Assembly: GCA_963717465.1 (NCBI GenBank)
Contig: OY970340.1
Span: 1,728,001-1,792,000 of the forward strand
Length of the DNA: 64,000 nucleotides
Direction: 5' to 3'
Origin: Candidatus Bathyarchaeota archaeon
GTDB taxonomy: Archaea > Thermoproteota > Bathyarchaeia > Bathyarchaeales > Bathycorpusculaceae
A program made the translations under genes and the position numbers. Positions 43,108 to 51,710 of the stretch are shown here, one piece after another. Position 1 is the stretch's first letter. Every line of letters starts with the position of its first letter. Below the pieces are notes generated by a model that worked only from the letters and a program-made list of their open reading frames with translations, did not search any database and had not been told where the DNA came from.

Positions 43108-44829
43108 TTAAAAAAAGGATGTGAGTTTTGTCTGCTTCTTTTTTTCGTAAGGAAGCTTTTTGCGCATTTTGTTTTTCTTCCAGATGAATGCAAAGGCTGT
43201 GCCGACAAAGAGCGCGCTTAATCCAAAGCCAACAATTAAGGTGATGGTGCTGTTTCTGGTTAGGATATTTAGCAATTCTCTAGTTCCTGCGATAATGGAA
43301 TTGTTATTGGTATTGGCGCTAGCGCTATTATCACTGCTGTTTGTTGCTCCATTATTTCCGCTATTACTATCGCTTGAATTGTTGTTGTTAGTGTTGTTGT
43401 TAGAATTGTTGTTGTTAGTGTTGTTGTTAGAATTGTTGTTGTTAGTGTTGTTGTTAGAATTGTTGTTGTTAGTGCGGTTATTAGCTATAGTGCCGTATTC
43501 TCCTGTAAGGTTGCTTGAGAAAGCGTTTATGAATACTTGACCGCCTTGTGTTGGGTTTAAGCTTGAATCGCACATGGCGAATATTCCGATGTCTCTGAAC
43601 CAGTGTTGACCAACTGAAATGTGGTTTGCAATGGCTATGCTAAAGAGGTTCTGTTCGGCTGTTACTTCGTTTGCTACGTCTGAATCCAGGTTTACGCCTG
43701 TTTCGCTCAAGTACACTGGGTGTTCTTGTGCTACTTGAATTATGCCTTCGGTCACCATTGAATTATAAACGTCACTGTAACTGTAGCATTGTGGTGATAC
43801 TCCAAAAGCGGAGTATGTTCTGTACAAGTGCGTGCCATAGATTATATTTGTGTCATTTAATCCAAGCGCGTTTACCCATAAACTCAGGTTAGTGTGATCG
43901 TCAGTTGTGTCTGTCGGTGCTGTACACCATGAATCAACTTCACACTGAACAACTATTGGTTGACTGTAGCCGACTGCTCGCATGGCCGGGATTGATTCCT
44001 GTATGGCTTGATACCAGTCTGCCTGTGCGCTGCTGCTTAAATCAGTGTTCGGCTCGTTCCACAGTTCTATCATGACGTTAGGATAGGCTTTTAGAATGTA
44101 TGCTTCATTCTGGACGAATGCCACAAAATCGGCAATCGTGTAAATGTAGCTGGTATAGCTTAAGCTATAGGGCGAAAATGGTAACGGGTCTTGTATTGAC
44201 TCTTCGTTGTTTGTCCAATAATCGCTTAACCGGTAATTGCAGACATCAACGTACATTCCTAAACTTTGGGCATCCTGACAAACAATTTCTACTGCTGTCT
44301 GGTAAGGTACTGGTTCAGTGTTTGGATCGCCGCTAATTGATGCTGATGTGGCGTTATTTATCCAGTCCTCGGCATTTACAAGTAATCTGACAGTGTTGAT
44401 TCCCCAACTCTGCATGATTTCAAGTTGAGCTAATACACTTGAATTAAATTGTGCTTCCGAAGTGAAGCTGGAAACTCCATCCCATACACCATCAGGCTCA
44501 TCTGCCATTTCAACTACGTTTACGCTGTGGAGTATTATTTCTTCACCACTGCTGGTTACAATTTCGTTTCCCTGAATATTTAGTGTTGAATTTGCTGTTG
44601 AATTATCAGTGTACATGCTTCCAAAATTTAACGTGCCCCCACTAGTAGTGGCTACTGTTGCAGATGCACTGACGGTCGCGCTTGCTACATTGAAGTTTCC
44701 ACTGCCTAATAATAATGCGTTTGGTAATAGGCTTATCAAGAATACGGCGATTACACAAACTGCAATTATTTTTGCGAATTTACGAGTTGCCATCAACGTA
44801 ATTCGCATTCTTGAATCTTTGATGTTCAA
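43108..44829 (-). CDS. Secreted, membrane-anchored GH5-like (clan GH-A) glycoside hydrolase
   Basis: Signal peptide; WGINTVRL, ELWNEP (acid/base), THLY, YLSETG (nucleophile); Asn-rich linker; C-terminal TM and basic tail. Confidence 0.85.
   Translation of the reverse strand: MNIKDSRMRITLMATRKFAKIIAVCVIAVFLISLLPNALLLGSGNFNVASATVSASATVATTSGGTLNFGSMYTDNSTANSTLNIQGNEIVTSSGEEIILHSVNVVEMADEPDGVWDGVSSFTSEAQFNSSVLAQLEIMQSWGINTVRLLVNAEDWINNATSASISGDPNTEPVPYQTAVEIVCQDAQSLGMYVDVCNYRLSDYWTNNEESIQDPLPFSPYSLSYTSYIYTIADFVAFVQNEAYILKAYPNVMIELWNEPNTDLSSSAQADWYQAIQESIPAMRAVGYSQPIVVQCEVDSWCTAPTDTTDDHTNLSLWVNALGLNDTNIIYGTHLYRTYSAFGVSPQCYSYSDVYNSMVTEGIIQVAQEHPVYLSETGVNLDSDVANEVTAEQNLFSIAIANHISVGQHWFRDIGIFAMCDSSLNPTQGGQVFINAFSSNLTGEYGTIANNRTNNNNSNNNTNNNNSNNNTNNNNSNNNTNNNNSSDSNSGNNGATNSSDNSASANTNNNSIIAGTRELLNILTRNSTITLIVGFGLSALFVGTAFAFIWKKNKMRKKLPYEKKKQTKLTSFF
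43376..43474. repeat. 27-bp tandem repeat x3.7 within the GH5 linker
   Basis: Unit GAATTGTTGTTGTTAGTGTTGTTGTTA, encoding TNNNNSNNN on the minus strand. Confidence 0.95.
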
Positions 44830-45133
44830 TCTTTCTTCCCCCTTTAGGGCTTGGTCTTGTCCTTGACGATATATTATGTTTTTTGAAAAATTGTTTTTTC
44901 AAATCTGCCAAGTTGATGTTTGAAGTTTGTCAACTGGCGTTAACAAAGTTACATAAATTATTATAACAAGCAGTTCAACCTAAATTCAAAGCAATGGACC
45001 AAACTAAACCTAAACATTCGCTAAAATTCCAGATTCATCGGGTTCACATACCATATAGTCCTACTAGTATAGTCCTAATAGTTAGCAAAAACTCAAGCAC
45101 AAGCAAAAAAACACCAGAAAACCCTTAAATTGC

Positions 45134-45187
45134 TGGTGTTGCGGGCAGGATTCGAACCTGCGAACCCCCTACGGGAAAGGATGTCCC
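45134..45187 (-). repeat. Duplicated 3' half of tRNA-Leu (att site)
   Basis: Matches 46921-46973 with one substitution and one extra C; includes CCA, T-arm, variable arm and the last 5 nt of the 37/38 intron. Confidence 0.95.
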
Positions 45188-45282
45188 TTCAAGGACCCTG
45201 CCAGCCAAATGTTTGTCTAGAGCCTTCATTTCATTCAACTAAAACAAAGTCTTTTAAATTAATGAGCCTATAAGGGGAAGCC

Positions 45283-46143
45283 ATGGGACCATTTGCACAA
45301 AGGCCGCTCTTGCCCATAGCGAGGCATGCAAAAGAATTAATTGAACATTCATCCGAGCACTTACAAGGTGGCTCTGAAAAGGACCTAATTATTGCTCTGG
45401 TGCACATCGATAACGCTGTCGAAATACTCTTAAAAGAGCACCTACGATTCGATAAAAATGTTTCATGGCGGAAAATCGAGGATAAATTTTTTCCTCAGTT
45501 GCTTGATGATTGCGTCAGTGATTTAGATGCATTGGAAAACAACAAGAGTCAGTTTATTGCTTTCCACGATATTAGAAACGCTCTTTATCACGCTGGAACA
45601 TTTGCGCCGCGAAAAGATGACGTTGAATCCGCAATTTATTTCACTAAACTGCTTTTTAACGAGTTACACCCGGAATTCGCATTCAAAGAATTGAAGGTGA
45701 AGGCAACCCCGAAAGACACAATCCGTTTTTTGGCAAAAGAATTTGGGCGGGACAAGCCATATGCGACTGAAGTGGGTCTCACAAATAAGATTGCTTCATT
45801 AATGCGCAGGCATGGGTATGTAGTGGCGCTAAATCCGATGCTTGGAGGAACTTCTCGGATGGCCGATATGTTGCTTACCAAAGGAAACAAGATCATTGTT
45901 GTTGAAGTAAAGGCTAGGACGACAGGTAAGCGAGTGCTCAACAGTTCAGTTTATCAATTGGCGGGTTACGTCGCCGCTGTGAAACAAGAGAAGAACTCAG
46001 AAGTTGAGGGCTGGCTTGTAACAAATGAAAATTTTAGTTCAGTTGCACGGAAGGCTGCTGAGAAGCTTGAAATTAGGCTTATCTCGGGTAGTGAACTTAA
46101 GAGGCTTTTGTCAGGTGAGTCTATTAGACCTTACTTTTTCTGA
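45283..46143 (+). CDS. HEPN-like domain fused to Mrr-type PD-(D/E)xK restriction endonuclease
   Basis: N-terminus: DNAVEILLK...DIRNALYH (RxxxxH); C-terminus: ADML...VVEVK...VYQLAGY...LVTNENFSSVARKAA. Confidence 0.75.
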   Translation: MGPFAQRPLLPIARHAKELIEHSSEHLQGGSEKDLIIALVHIDNAVEILLKEHLRFDKNVSWRKIEDKFFPQLLDDCVSDLDALENNKSQFIAFHDIRNALYHAGTFAPRKDDVESAIYFTKLLFNELHPEFAFKELKVKATPKDTIRFLAKEFGRDKPYATEVGLTNKIASLMRRHGYVVALNPMLGGTSRMADMLLTKGNKIIVVEVKARTTGKRVLNSSVYQLAGYVAAVKQEKNSEVEGWLVTNENFSSVARKAAEKLEIRLISGSELKRLLSGESIRPYFF

Positions 46144-46863
46144 TTTTCTAGCGGTTTCGGGAACTTCTTTTGATTTTAGTCTCTTCAGCTCTTTTCGTAG
46201 CCTGCTTGCCTGTTGGCAGAGATAGGCTTTCTGCTTTTTGTATTTGACATACGCTTGTTTCTGATCCGAGGACAGAGGTTTATCGTTTTCAAAGACCTCA
46301 AGCAGCTTGTTATATTCTCCTATTGCCCACTGGGCATGTCTTAACTCCTGTTCAATTTCTTGTATTCTTAGGTGAGTCTTTCTCTTTTGTATCCACGCAT
46401 CGGCGTTTTTCCGGTGAGTGGCTGCGGCTTTCTGAAGTATTGCGAGTATCTCATCCTTAGAAAAATCGCCTGATATCCTCACGATTTTCGAACCTTGTTT
46501 AACGAGCACTTGATTCTCAGGCGGCTTGAATACAACTTCACTTGCGTTTGGAGGAGGGTTCTTTCCCCAATAGATTCCTACAATCGGACGCGCTTCATTT
46601 TTCCTCTTTCTTTGCTCTAAAATATCAAAAATAAGTTGAGCAATCGCTGCTACGCCTCCAGCAGTTGAAACTACCATAACGACTGTGTTGACAATTAAAT
46701 CAAATGAGCGCGCATGACTGTAAACCCACTTTTCCGCCTCAGTTGGATCTGTATATATAAGAAAATCTGAATCTTCGAATGTGCTCAACTTGTCTGAAAA
46801 TAGTAAGCGGTCATCATTGCCAGCTTCAAATTGGAATTCAAATTTATACGCTTTCGAAGCCAT
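46111..46863 (-). CDS. Hypothetical protein: EACC1-like hydrophobic hairpin plus C-terminal coiled coil
   Basis: VVMVVSTAGGVAAIAQLIFDILEQRKRK...VLVKQGSKIVRISGDFSKDEILAIL, then a charged helical tail; family resemblance judged by eye only. Confidence 0.55.
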   Translation of the reverse strand: MASKAYKFEFQFEAGNDDRLLFSDKLSTFEDSDFLIYTDPTEAEKWVYSHARSFDLIVNTVVMVVSTAGGVAAIAQLIFDILEQRKRKNEARPIVGIYWGKNPPPNASEVVFKPPENQVLVKQGSKIVRISGDFSKDEILAILQKAAATHRKNADAWIQKRKTHLRIQEIEQELRHAQWAIGEYNKLLEVFENDKPLSSDQKQAYVKYKKQKAYLCQQASRLRKELKRLKSKEVPETARKSEKVRSNRLT

Positions 46864-46920
46864 TTTTCAGCTTCCTTGACAATCTTATCTGATGTTTTTT
46901 TATTTTCGCTTTGATTTGTT

Positions 46921-47071
46921 TGGTGCTGCGGGCAGGATTCGAACCTGCGAACCCCTACGGGAAAGGATGTCCCATTGCGGGGCCATGACAGGCCAAAACG
47001 CGATCTTGAGTCCTTAGCGGAACGCAACATGTTGCGCTCTTTCACCTTTGACCTGGCTTGGTTACCGCAGC
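46921..47071 (-). tRNA. tRNA-Leu(CAA) with two introns (47014-47040 at about 28/29; 46969-47004 at 37/38) and encoded CCA
   Basis: Acceptor GCTGCGG/CCGCAGC-ACCA; spliced anticodon arm AAGGA-CTCAAGA-TCCTT; long variable arm; GCAGG-TTCGAAT-CCTGC; mature length 88 nt; both introns form BHB-type motifs. Confidence 0.93.
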
Positions 47072-47104
47072 AAATCCAAGGTTATAAAATTGTTAGAATA
47101 CTAT

Positions 47105-47120
47105 CTTATTAATCGTTTCC
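47105..47120 (-). promoter_or_regulatory. Putative BRE/TATA promoter of tRNA-Leu
   Basis: GGAAACGATTAATAAG on the minus strand, about 35-50 nt upstream of the mature 5' end. Confidence 0.45.
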
Positions 47121-47307
47121 TGTTTTAAACGCGTTCCCTCGTCTCGCCTTCTTCCCAGAAGACCGCTTTAGCTATTATGAGGGGAATGCACGCAAATAAC
47201 AGCATATAAAAGCCAATAATCTAGTCAAATGCTAGATTTTTATCATCACTATCTAGCCCTACGCGACTTAGAAAGATTTATTTCTAGGCAATTGCATAAT
47301 AGCAATT

Positions 47308-48195
47308 ATGCTAAGCTATTCAGCGCAAACTATACCTCTTTATGAAAGTACCACTCACAGAATTTACTATAAAAACTCTCAAAGGATGAAAGAGATTAAT
47401 GATAACTCAGTTCACCTTATCGTTACATCACCACCTTACTGGAACATAAAGGATTATGGAAACTCTGAGCAAATAGGTTATCCAGACAGTCTTCCAGATT
47501 ATTTTAGAAAACTTGGAAAAGTATGGTCGGAGTGCGTCAGAGTTCTCACTTGCGGTTGCAGGTTTTGTGTCAATATTGGCGACCAATATCTAAGAGCAAC
47601 AGAAGAAACGCCATACCAAATAATTCCATTACATGCCATGTTGGTAAACAGCATTATGGATAAGCACTCAAAAGACATGCTGTATCTTGGAAGCATAATC
47701 TGGAATAAAATTCCAACTACAAAAACAAGTGGTGGAGCGAGCGTAATGGGATCATACGGTCGCCCAAGAAATGGCTACGTAAGCTATAACTATGAATATA
47801 TTGCAATTTTTAAGAAAAAAGGCAAAGACCCAAAACCCGACAAAGAGTTCAAGGAGCGAGCCATAATAGACTTACAAGAATGGCGAGAACTTTTCAACGG
47901 GATATGGACATTTAATGGAGTTAGACAACTAGGGCACATCGCCACATTCCCAGACGAGTTGCCTAGGCGATTAATGCGCATGTTTACTTTTCAGTCTGAT
48001 ACTGTTCTTGACCCTTTCCTTGGAAGTGGCACAACGTCACGAGTAGCATGGGAATTAGGTCGTAATAGTGTTGGTTATGAAATTGGATTCAATACACAAA
48101 CTGACATGGATATGAAAGAGCTTATCAAACAGAAGATTCACTATTATGATACCCCTGTTGATCAGAGGCCCAAAGTTTTTCCAACCTTGACTTAA
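47308..48195 (+). CDS. Beta-class amino DNA methyltransferase (probably N4-cytosine), orphan
   Basis: TSPPY precedes HIATFP and VLDPFLGSGTT; no cognate endonuclease adjacent. Confidence 0.92.
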   Translation: MLSYSAQTIPLYESTTHRIYYKNSQRMKEINDNSVHLIVTSPPYWNIKDYGNSEQIGYPDSLPDYFRKLGKVWSECVRVLTCGCRFCVNIGDQYLRATEETPYQIIPLHAMLVNSIMDKHSKDMLYLGSIIWNKIPTTKTSGGASVMGSYGRPRNGYVSYNYEYIAIFKKKGKDPKPDKEFKERAIIDLQEWRELFNGIWTFNGVRQLGHIATFPDELPRRLMRMFTFQSDTVLDPFLGSGTTSRVAWELGRNSVGYEIGFNTQTDMDMKELIKQKIHYYDTPVDQRPKVFPTLT

Positions 48196-48308
48196 GAAGC
48201 AAGAAAGCCTTTTCTCAAACAGGCATTCAATTATACAAAAGTCTGGGTTGAATGAACATCCTATTTTCTTCTTAACCCAACAAGATCTAGCAAAGATAAC
48301 CTATTTCT

Positions 48309-48668
48309 TTATAGGTCTTCATCTTTTGGTTCCATCCGTTTTATAAATGTCCCGTTATACTGGTTAAAATTGTCAGTTAGTTTATTGATTCTATCATAAA
48401 TCCCATAAATTCGACCGTTTAAATCTCTTGTGACCTCATTCAGCTCATCTTCAGTTTGCATAATGTAATAGCCACGCTCACAAGAACCTATGGGCAACTT
48501 GGTTCTTTTTATTAATTTAGTTATTAGGCTTCTCGTAGTTGATACTGTATCATCTTCATGCACACCAATCATTTCAGCAATTTTGTTGGATGCTATTGCT
48601 TTTTGTTTGCCTTTATGTTCAATTATTATTTCTTCAATTGCGCTGAGTCTTTGTTCTTCAAGCGACAT
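48309..48668 (-). CDS. Winged helix-turn-helix protein of mobile-element type
   Basis: AIASNKIAEMIGV...TRSLITKL...LPIGSCERGYYI. Confidence 0.65.
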   Translation of the reverse strand: MSLEEQRLSAIEEIIIEHKGKQKAIASNKIAEMIGVHEDDTVSTTRSLITKLIKRTKLPIGSCERGYYIMQTEDELNEVTRDLNGRIYGIYDRINKLTDNFNQYNGTFIKRMEPKDEDL

Positions 48669-49013
48669 TTTTCATCTCTAGACTCATAGTTTCTATAAAG
48701 TTTTAAGCGTTTGCACTAGAAGTAAGCGATTGATGCCTAGTGATATATAAAAAAATGAAAGTGTAGCCAATAGTTTTGCGATAGTGAAGATAATTGAACG
48801 ATAGTTTCTTTTTTAGGGTACTGAGGCGTTAGTTGTTTTTGTGGCTGTATACCCTGCTTAGAAGACAAAGCAGTAAGAAAAAAGACTTGTTTTTCCCACA
48901 TGGGTGCAAACGCTATCCAAAAGAATTATTTTTGTGTAACTGCCCCAGAGAGGTAAATATTTTGCATTTTGAACCCAAAACCACAATTTTTAATTGCTTG
49001 AGGGGTGATAGCC

Positions 49014-49184
49014 TTGTCTAAGATGACCCCTGAGTTATTGAATTGGATTATGCAATTCGAAAGCGGGAAGGCATGGTTTAATAAATTAAATTCGCAAGCG
49101 ACAAAAGACGTCTATCTGACAAACCTAAAAAAGTATTGTGAAGCGGTTAATAAGAATCCTGACGAATTGATTATGGGCTTGTAG
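49014..49184 (+). pseudogene. Truncated N-terminus of a tyrosine integrase-like gene
   Basis: GAGGGGTGA SD; (LSK)MTPELLNWIMQFESGKAWFNKLNSQATKDVYLTNLKKYCEAVNKNPDELI then a stop; resembles the S-T-Y-L-PdeLi pattern of archaeal integrase core-binding domains. Confidence 0.6.
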
Positions 49185-49368
49185 AAAAAATTGGGCTAAA
49201 AAAATTAAATTCATGCCTTTTAGGTATTGGTTTTTATTAGGAATTTATTCAGGTTTTTAATTGGTTTTTTGTACGGCTTTCAATTTGGGTTTTAAAACAG
49301 GTTTTAATGATGCTCTGTTTTTTTGGCAAATTTACAAAAAGTCGATTATATCCATGTGGCAGGGGATT

Positions 49369-49710
49369 TTAAATTTCATCTAACGGTGGTAACTCTTTTC
49401 CTTCTTTTACCATTTCCATCAGTTTAGATATTTCCTTGTAGTTTCTCCCATAATCCCGTGAAACATCGTACATTATAACAGCACTAATAATTATAAAGGT
49501 AAACACTAAAAGCATGAAACCTATGAAACTCAATGAGAAGAGGCTTTCATAAAGAATTGTAAAAGAAAATATTAAACCGCCAACTAAGAAGGCAATTGCA
49601 TATGACATAACGGTTGTGTAACTTGCGTGAATGCGTTCAGAATAAATTTGAATTTTAACTAAATCAATATCTCGATTATTCGTTTTCTTTGTTTCTTTCT
49701 CTGTTGTCAT
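49369..49710 (-). CDS. Small two-TM hypothetical protein
   Basis: Two hydrophobic helices flanked by charged termini. Confidence 0.6.
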   Translation of the reverse strand: MTTEKETKKTNNRDIDLVKIQIYSERIHASYTTVMSYAIAFLVGGLIFSFTILYESLFSLSFIGFMLLVFTFIIISAVIMYDVSRDYGRNYKEISKLMEMVKEGKELPPLDEI

Positions 49711-49956
49711 GTCTTAGGCTATTTCTACGCTATGACGATTTAACGCTTTGCCATCACTAATAATGAGTAATGAAAAAATTGACTGAGCTTTTAACAAGTT
49801 TATGTTAAAATTGTATAGGGTTTCTTGAGATTTGTAAAATAGTTTGCTCAAAGTTTTTTAGACCATAAAAAGTTTAGTTTTTGTCACTTTTTTGTCACGT
49901 TTTCTCCCAAAAAAATTCAAGGAAAGGGTTAAATTTAGAAAGAACATTAACAGCTA

Positions 49957-50082
49957 TTGGCTTAAGCCAACTGAGGATTAATCAAGTTAACGGAATGGTT
50001 AGTTGCTAACCAAGCCGTGAAGCCATGCCGTAACTTGTCCTCGGTCAATTTCTGAAGTTCTTGGGTTCAAATTCCCGCGAAG
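49957..50082 (+). ncRNA. Candidate structured RNA or degenerate tRNA relic
   Basis: About 24-bp interrupted hairpin (49970-50045) plus T-arm-like GGG-TTCAAAT-TCCC; BRE/TATA-like GAAAGGGTTAAAT about 25 nt upstream. Confidence 0.35.
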
Positions 50083-50376
50083 TTACATTTACCTATAGGT
50101 AAATTTTACAATATATATTTTACGTTAACGCTTAAAAAAAATTGCTTAAGTGTATACACGAAAAGCTCAGCATCTTAAATATAATAACTTTGATTTTGGT
50201 AAAAGAGGTTTTTGAATCCTTTGCAGGTTCAGGTACTGTAATAATGGGAATTAATTAATCCAAAGAAGCTTGATTTCGTATTTACTTGTCCACCATGCGT
50301 TTTTGCTCTCTTCCGCTAACTTGCATAAAGTGTTAAGTGCTAAACTGCAATAATTAGACTGACTAGGCAAAAGCTC

Positions 50377-51292
50377 TTGAAACAAGTAATAGCACTCTTG
50401 GTTATCAGCTCAATGCTTATTTTTCCTTTATTGATAAGCGGATGTTCTGCCCAAATCGAAGTAATTCCAGAAGAACCTCAATTTGTTATAATCTCCTTTC
50501 AATTTGCTTTTGTTGACCTTAATGGAATCAATACAACGCCTGATTTATACTCGGGCGGTTGGTTTTCTTACAATATTACCATTACTAATGTGGGTAGTTC
50601 TGACCTCAATGCTACTTATACTGTTTCAGTCTATAATCCCGATGATACTCCTAATGGCATCTCAAGGAACTTTACTCTCGACCTAAAGCCGAATCAAAGC
50701 GGCTTGTTATATCCTAACAATACTTTTAGTGCGCCAGATAATATTCAGATAAATACTTCAAATAATGTCAATGCCTATTTTGCCGATACCGCGGGGGCAT
50801 ACAAAGTAAACGTAACCTGTGACACTCAAATTACTTTCCTATACCTTTCGAGCGATAATAGCACTTACAATTATATGCCCAATTATTATCAGATAAGCTT
50901 CGATGCCATGCCGAGTTATCAAGAACAGTTAAATCAAGAACAACAAGAGTTTTATGATAATTATGCTTGGTACGTTCAGCAATTTCAGCAATACAGCCAA
51001 CAAGCAAGCGCAGATGCCGCTAATGCTCAACAGCTTACATATTTTGCAATTGGTTTAAGCATTTTAGCAGCAGTGATTAGTTATTACGCAATATTAAAAG
51101 ATGAAGGGTTGAATAAAAAATCACTAATGTTTTTTTACCATTGTGAGTTGTTATGTTACTCTAATGATTGTCATAATTTTTCCTTACCTTGCCTATTTAG
51201 CTATTACTGCATTTTATATAATCGGAATATTAGTGATTTACCAAGCGGTAAGGATTAGAAGGAAGCAAAAGCGTGAATCCAATGTGGTATAG
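50377..51292 (+). CDS. Secreted Ig-like/CARDB-like membrane-anchored protein; apparent +1 indel in T7 at 51130-51136
   Basis: Signal peptide; YNITITNVG...AGAYKVNV beta-sandwich pattern; repairing T7 to T6 adds two more TM helices ending RRKQKRESNVV. Confidence 0.65.
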
Positions 51293-51710
51293 TAAACTCC
51301 CAATTGATGAATTTGCCGATGTATTTAATAATCGCTCAACAGTGCGATTAGAGGCAGAGACCTTTTTAACGACTTTCAATGAAAGCAGAAATTTTTCAGA
51401 GGCATTCTATATTTGCAGTCAACGCGAAAACTTTTGTAGTAAAACTTTGAGAGTTAAGCAAATTTTGGCATACGGTAAAATTCCAGAATCCGATAAGACA
51501 CCTTATCATAGAAGACTTGAAAGACAGTTTAAGATTAATTTAAGCAACATGCAACCGCGAGCATGGCTGATTGAAGGCAAAAAAATAATTAGCCCCGAGT
51601 GGAAGCGACAGGGAAAACCGTATATCATAAACCGATTAGTCAGAAAGAACTTTAACAAACAGCAACCCGATGGCGCAAGCGCAAAAATGGCAGAGTTACA
51701 ACCCAATTAA
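51273..51710 (+). CDS. Hypothetical protein or decayed gene fragment
   Basis: 145-codon ORF without motifs, followed by further short broken frames to about 51870. Confidence 0.3.
   Translation: MNPMWYSKLPIDEFADVFNNRSTVRLEAETFLTTFNESRNFSEAFYICSQRENFCSKTLRVKQILAYGKIPESDKTPYHRRLERQFKINLSNMQPRAWLIEGKKIISPEWKRQGKPYIINRLVRKNFNKQQPDGASAKMAELQPN

Larger units (their letters stand above)
45134..46973. mobile_element. 1.8-kb tRNA-Leu-integrated mini-island without integrase
   Basis: Bounded by direct repeats of the tRNA 3' end and located downstream of the intact tRNA; carries two convergent genes. Confidence 0.85.

Noticed and set aside
43160..43540. Leu-rich plus-strand ORF (LLLVLLLE repeats)
   Set aside because: Antisense reading of the Asn repeat in the GH5 gene
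45134..45228. Split (trans-spliced) tRNA half or second functional tRNA
   Set aside because: No 5' half or complementary leader found, an acceptor-stem substitution is present, and an intact copy lies 1.8 kb away in att geometry
46785..47045. 86-aa minus-strand ORF
   Set aside because: Overlaps the tRNA-Leu gene; spurious
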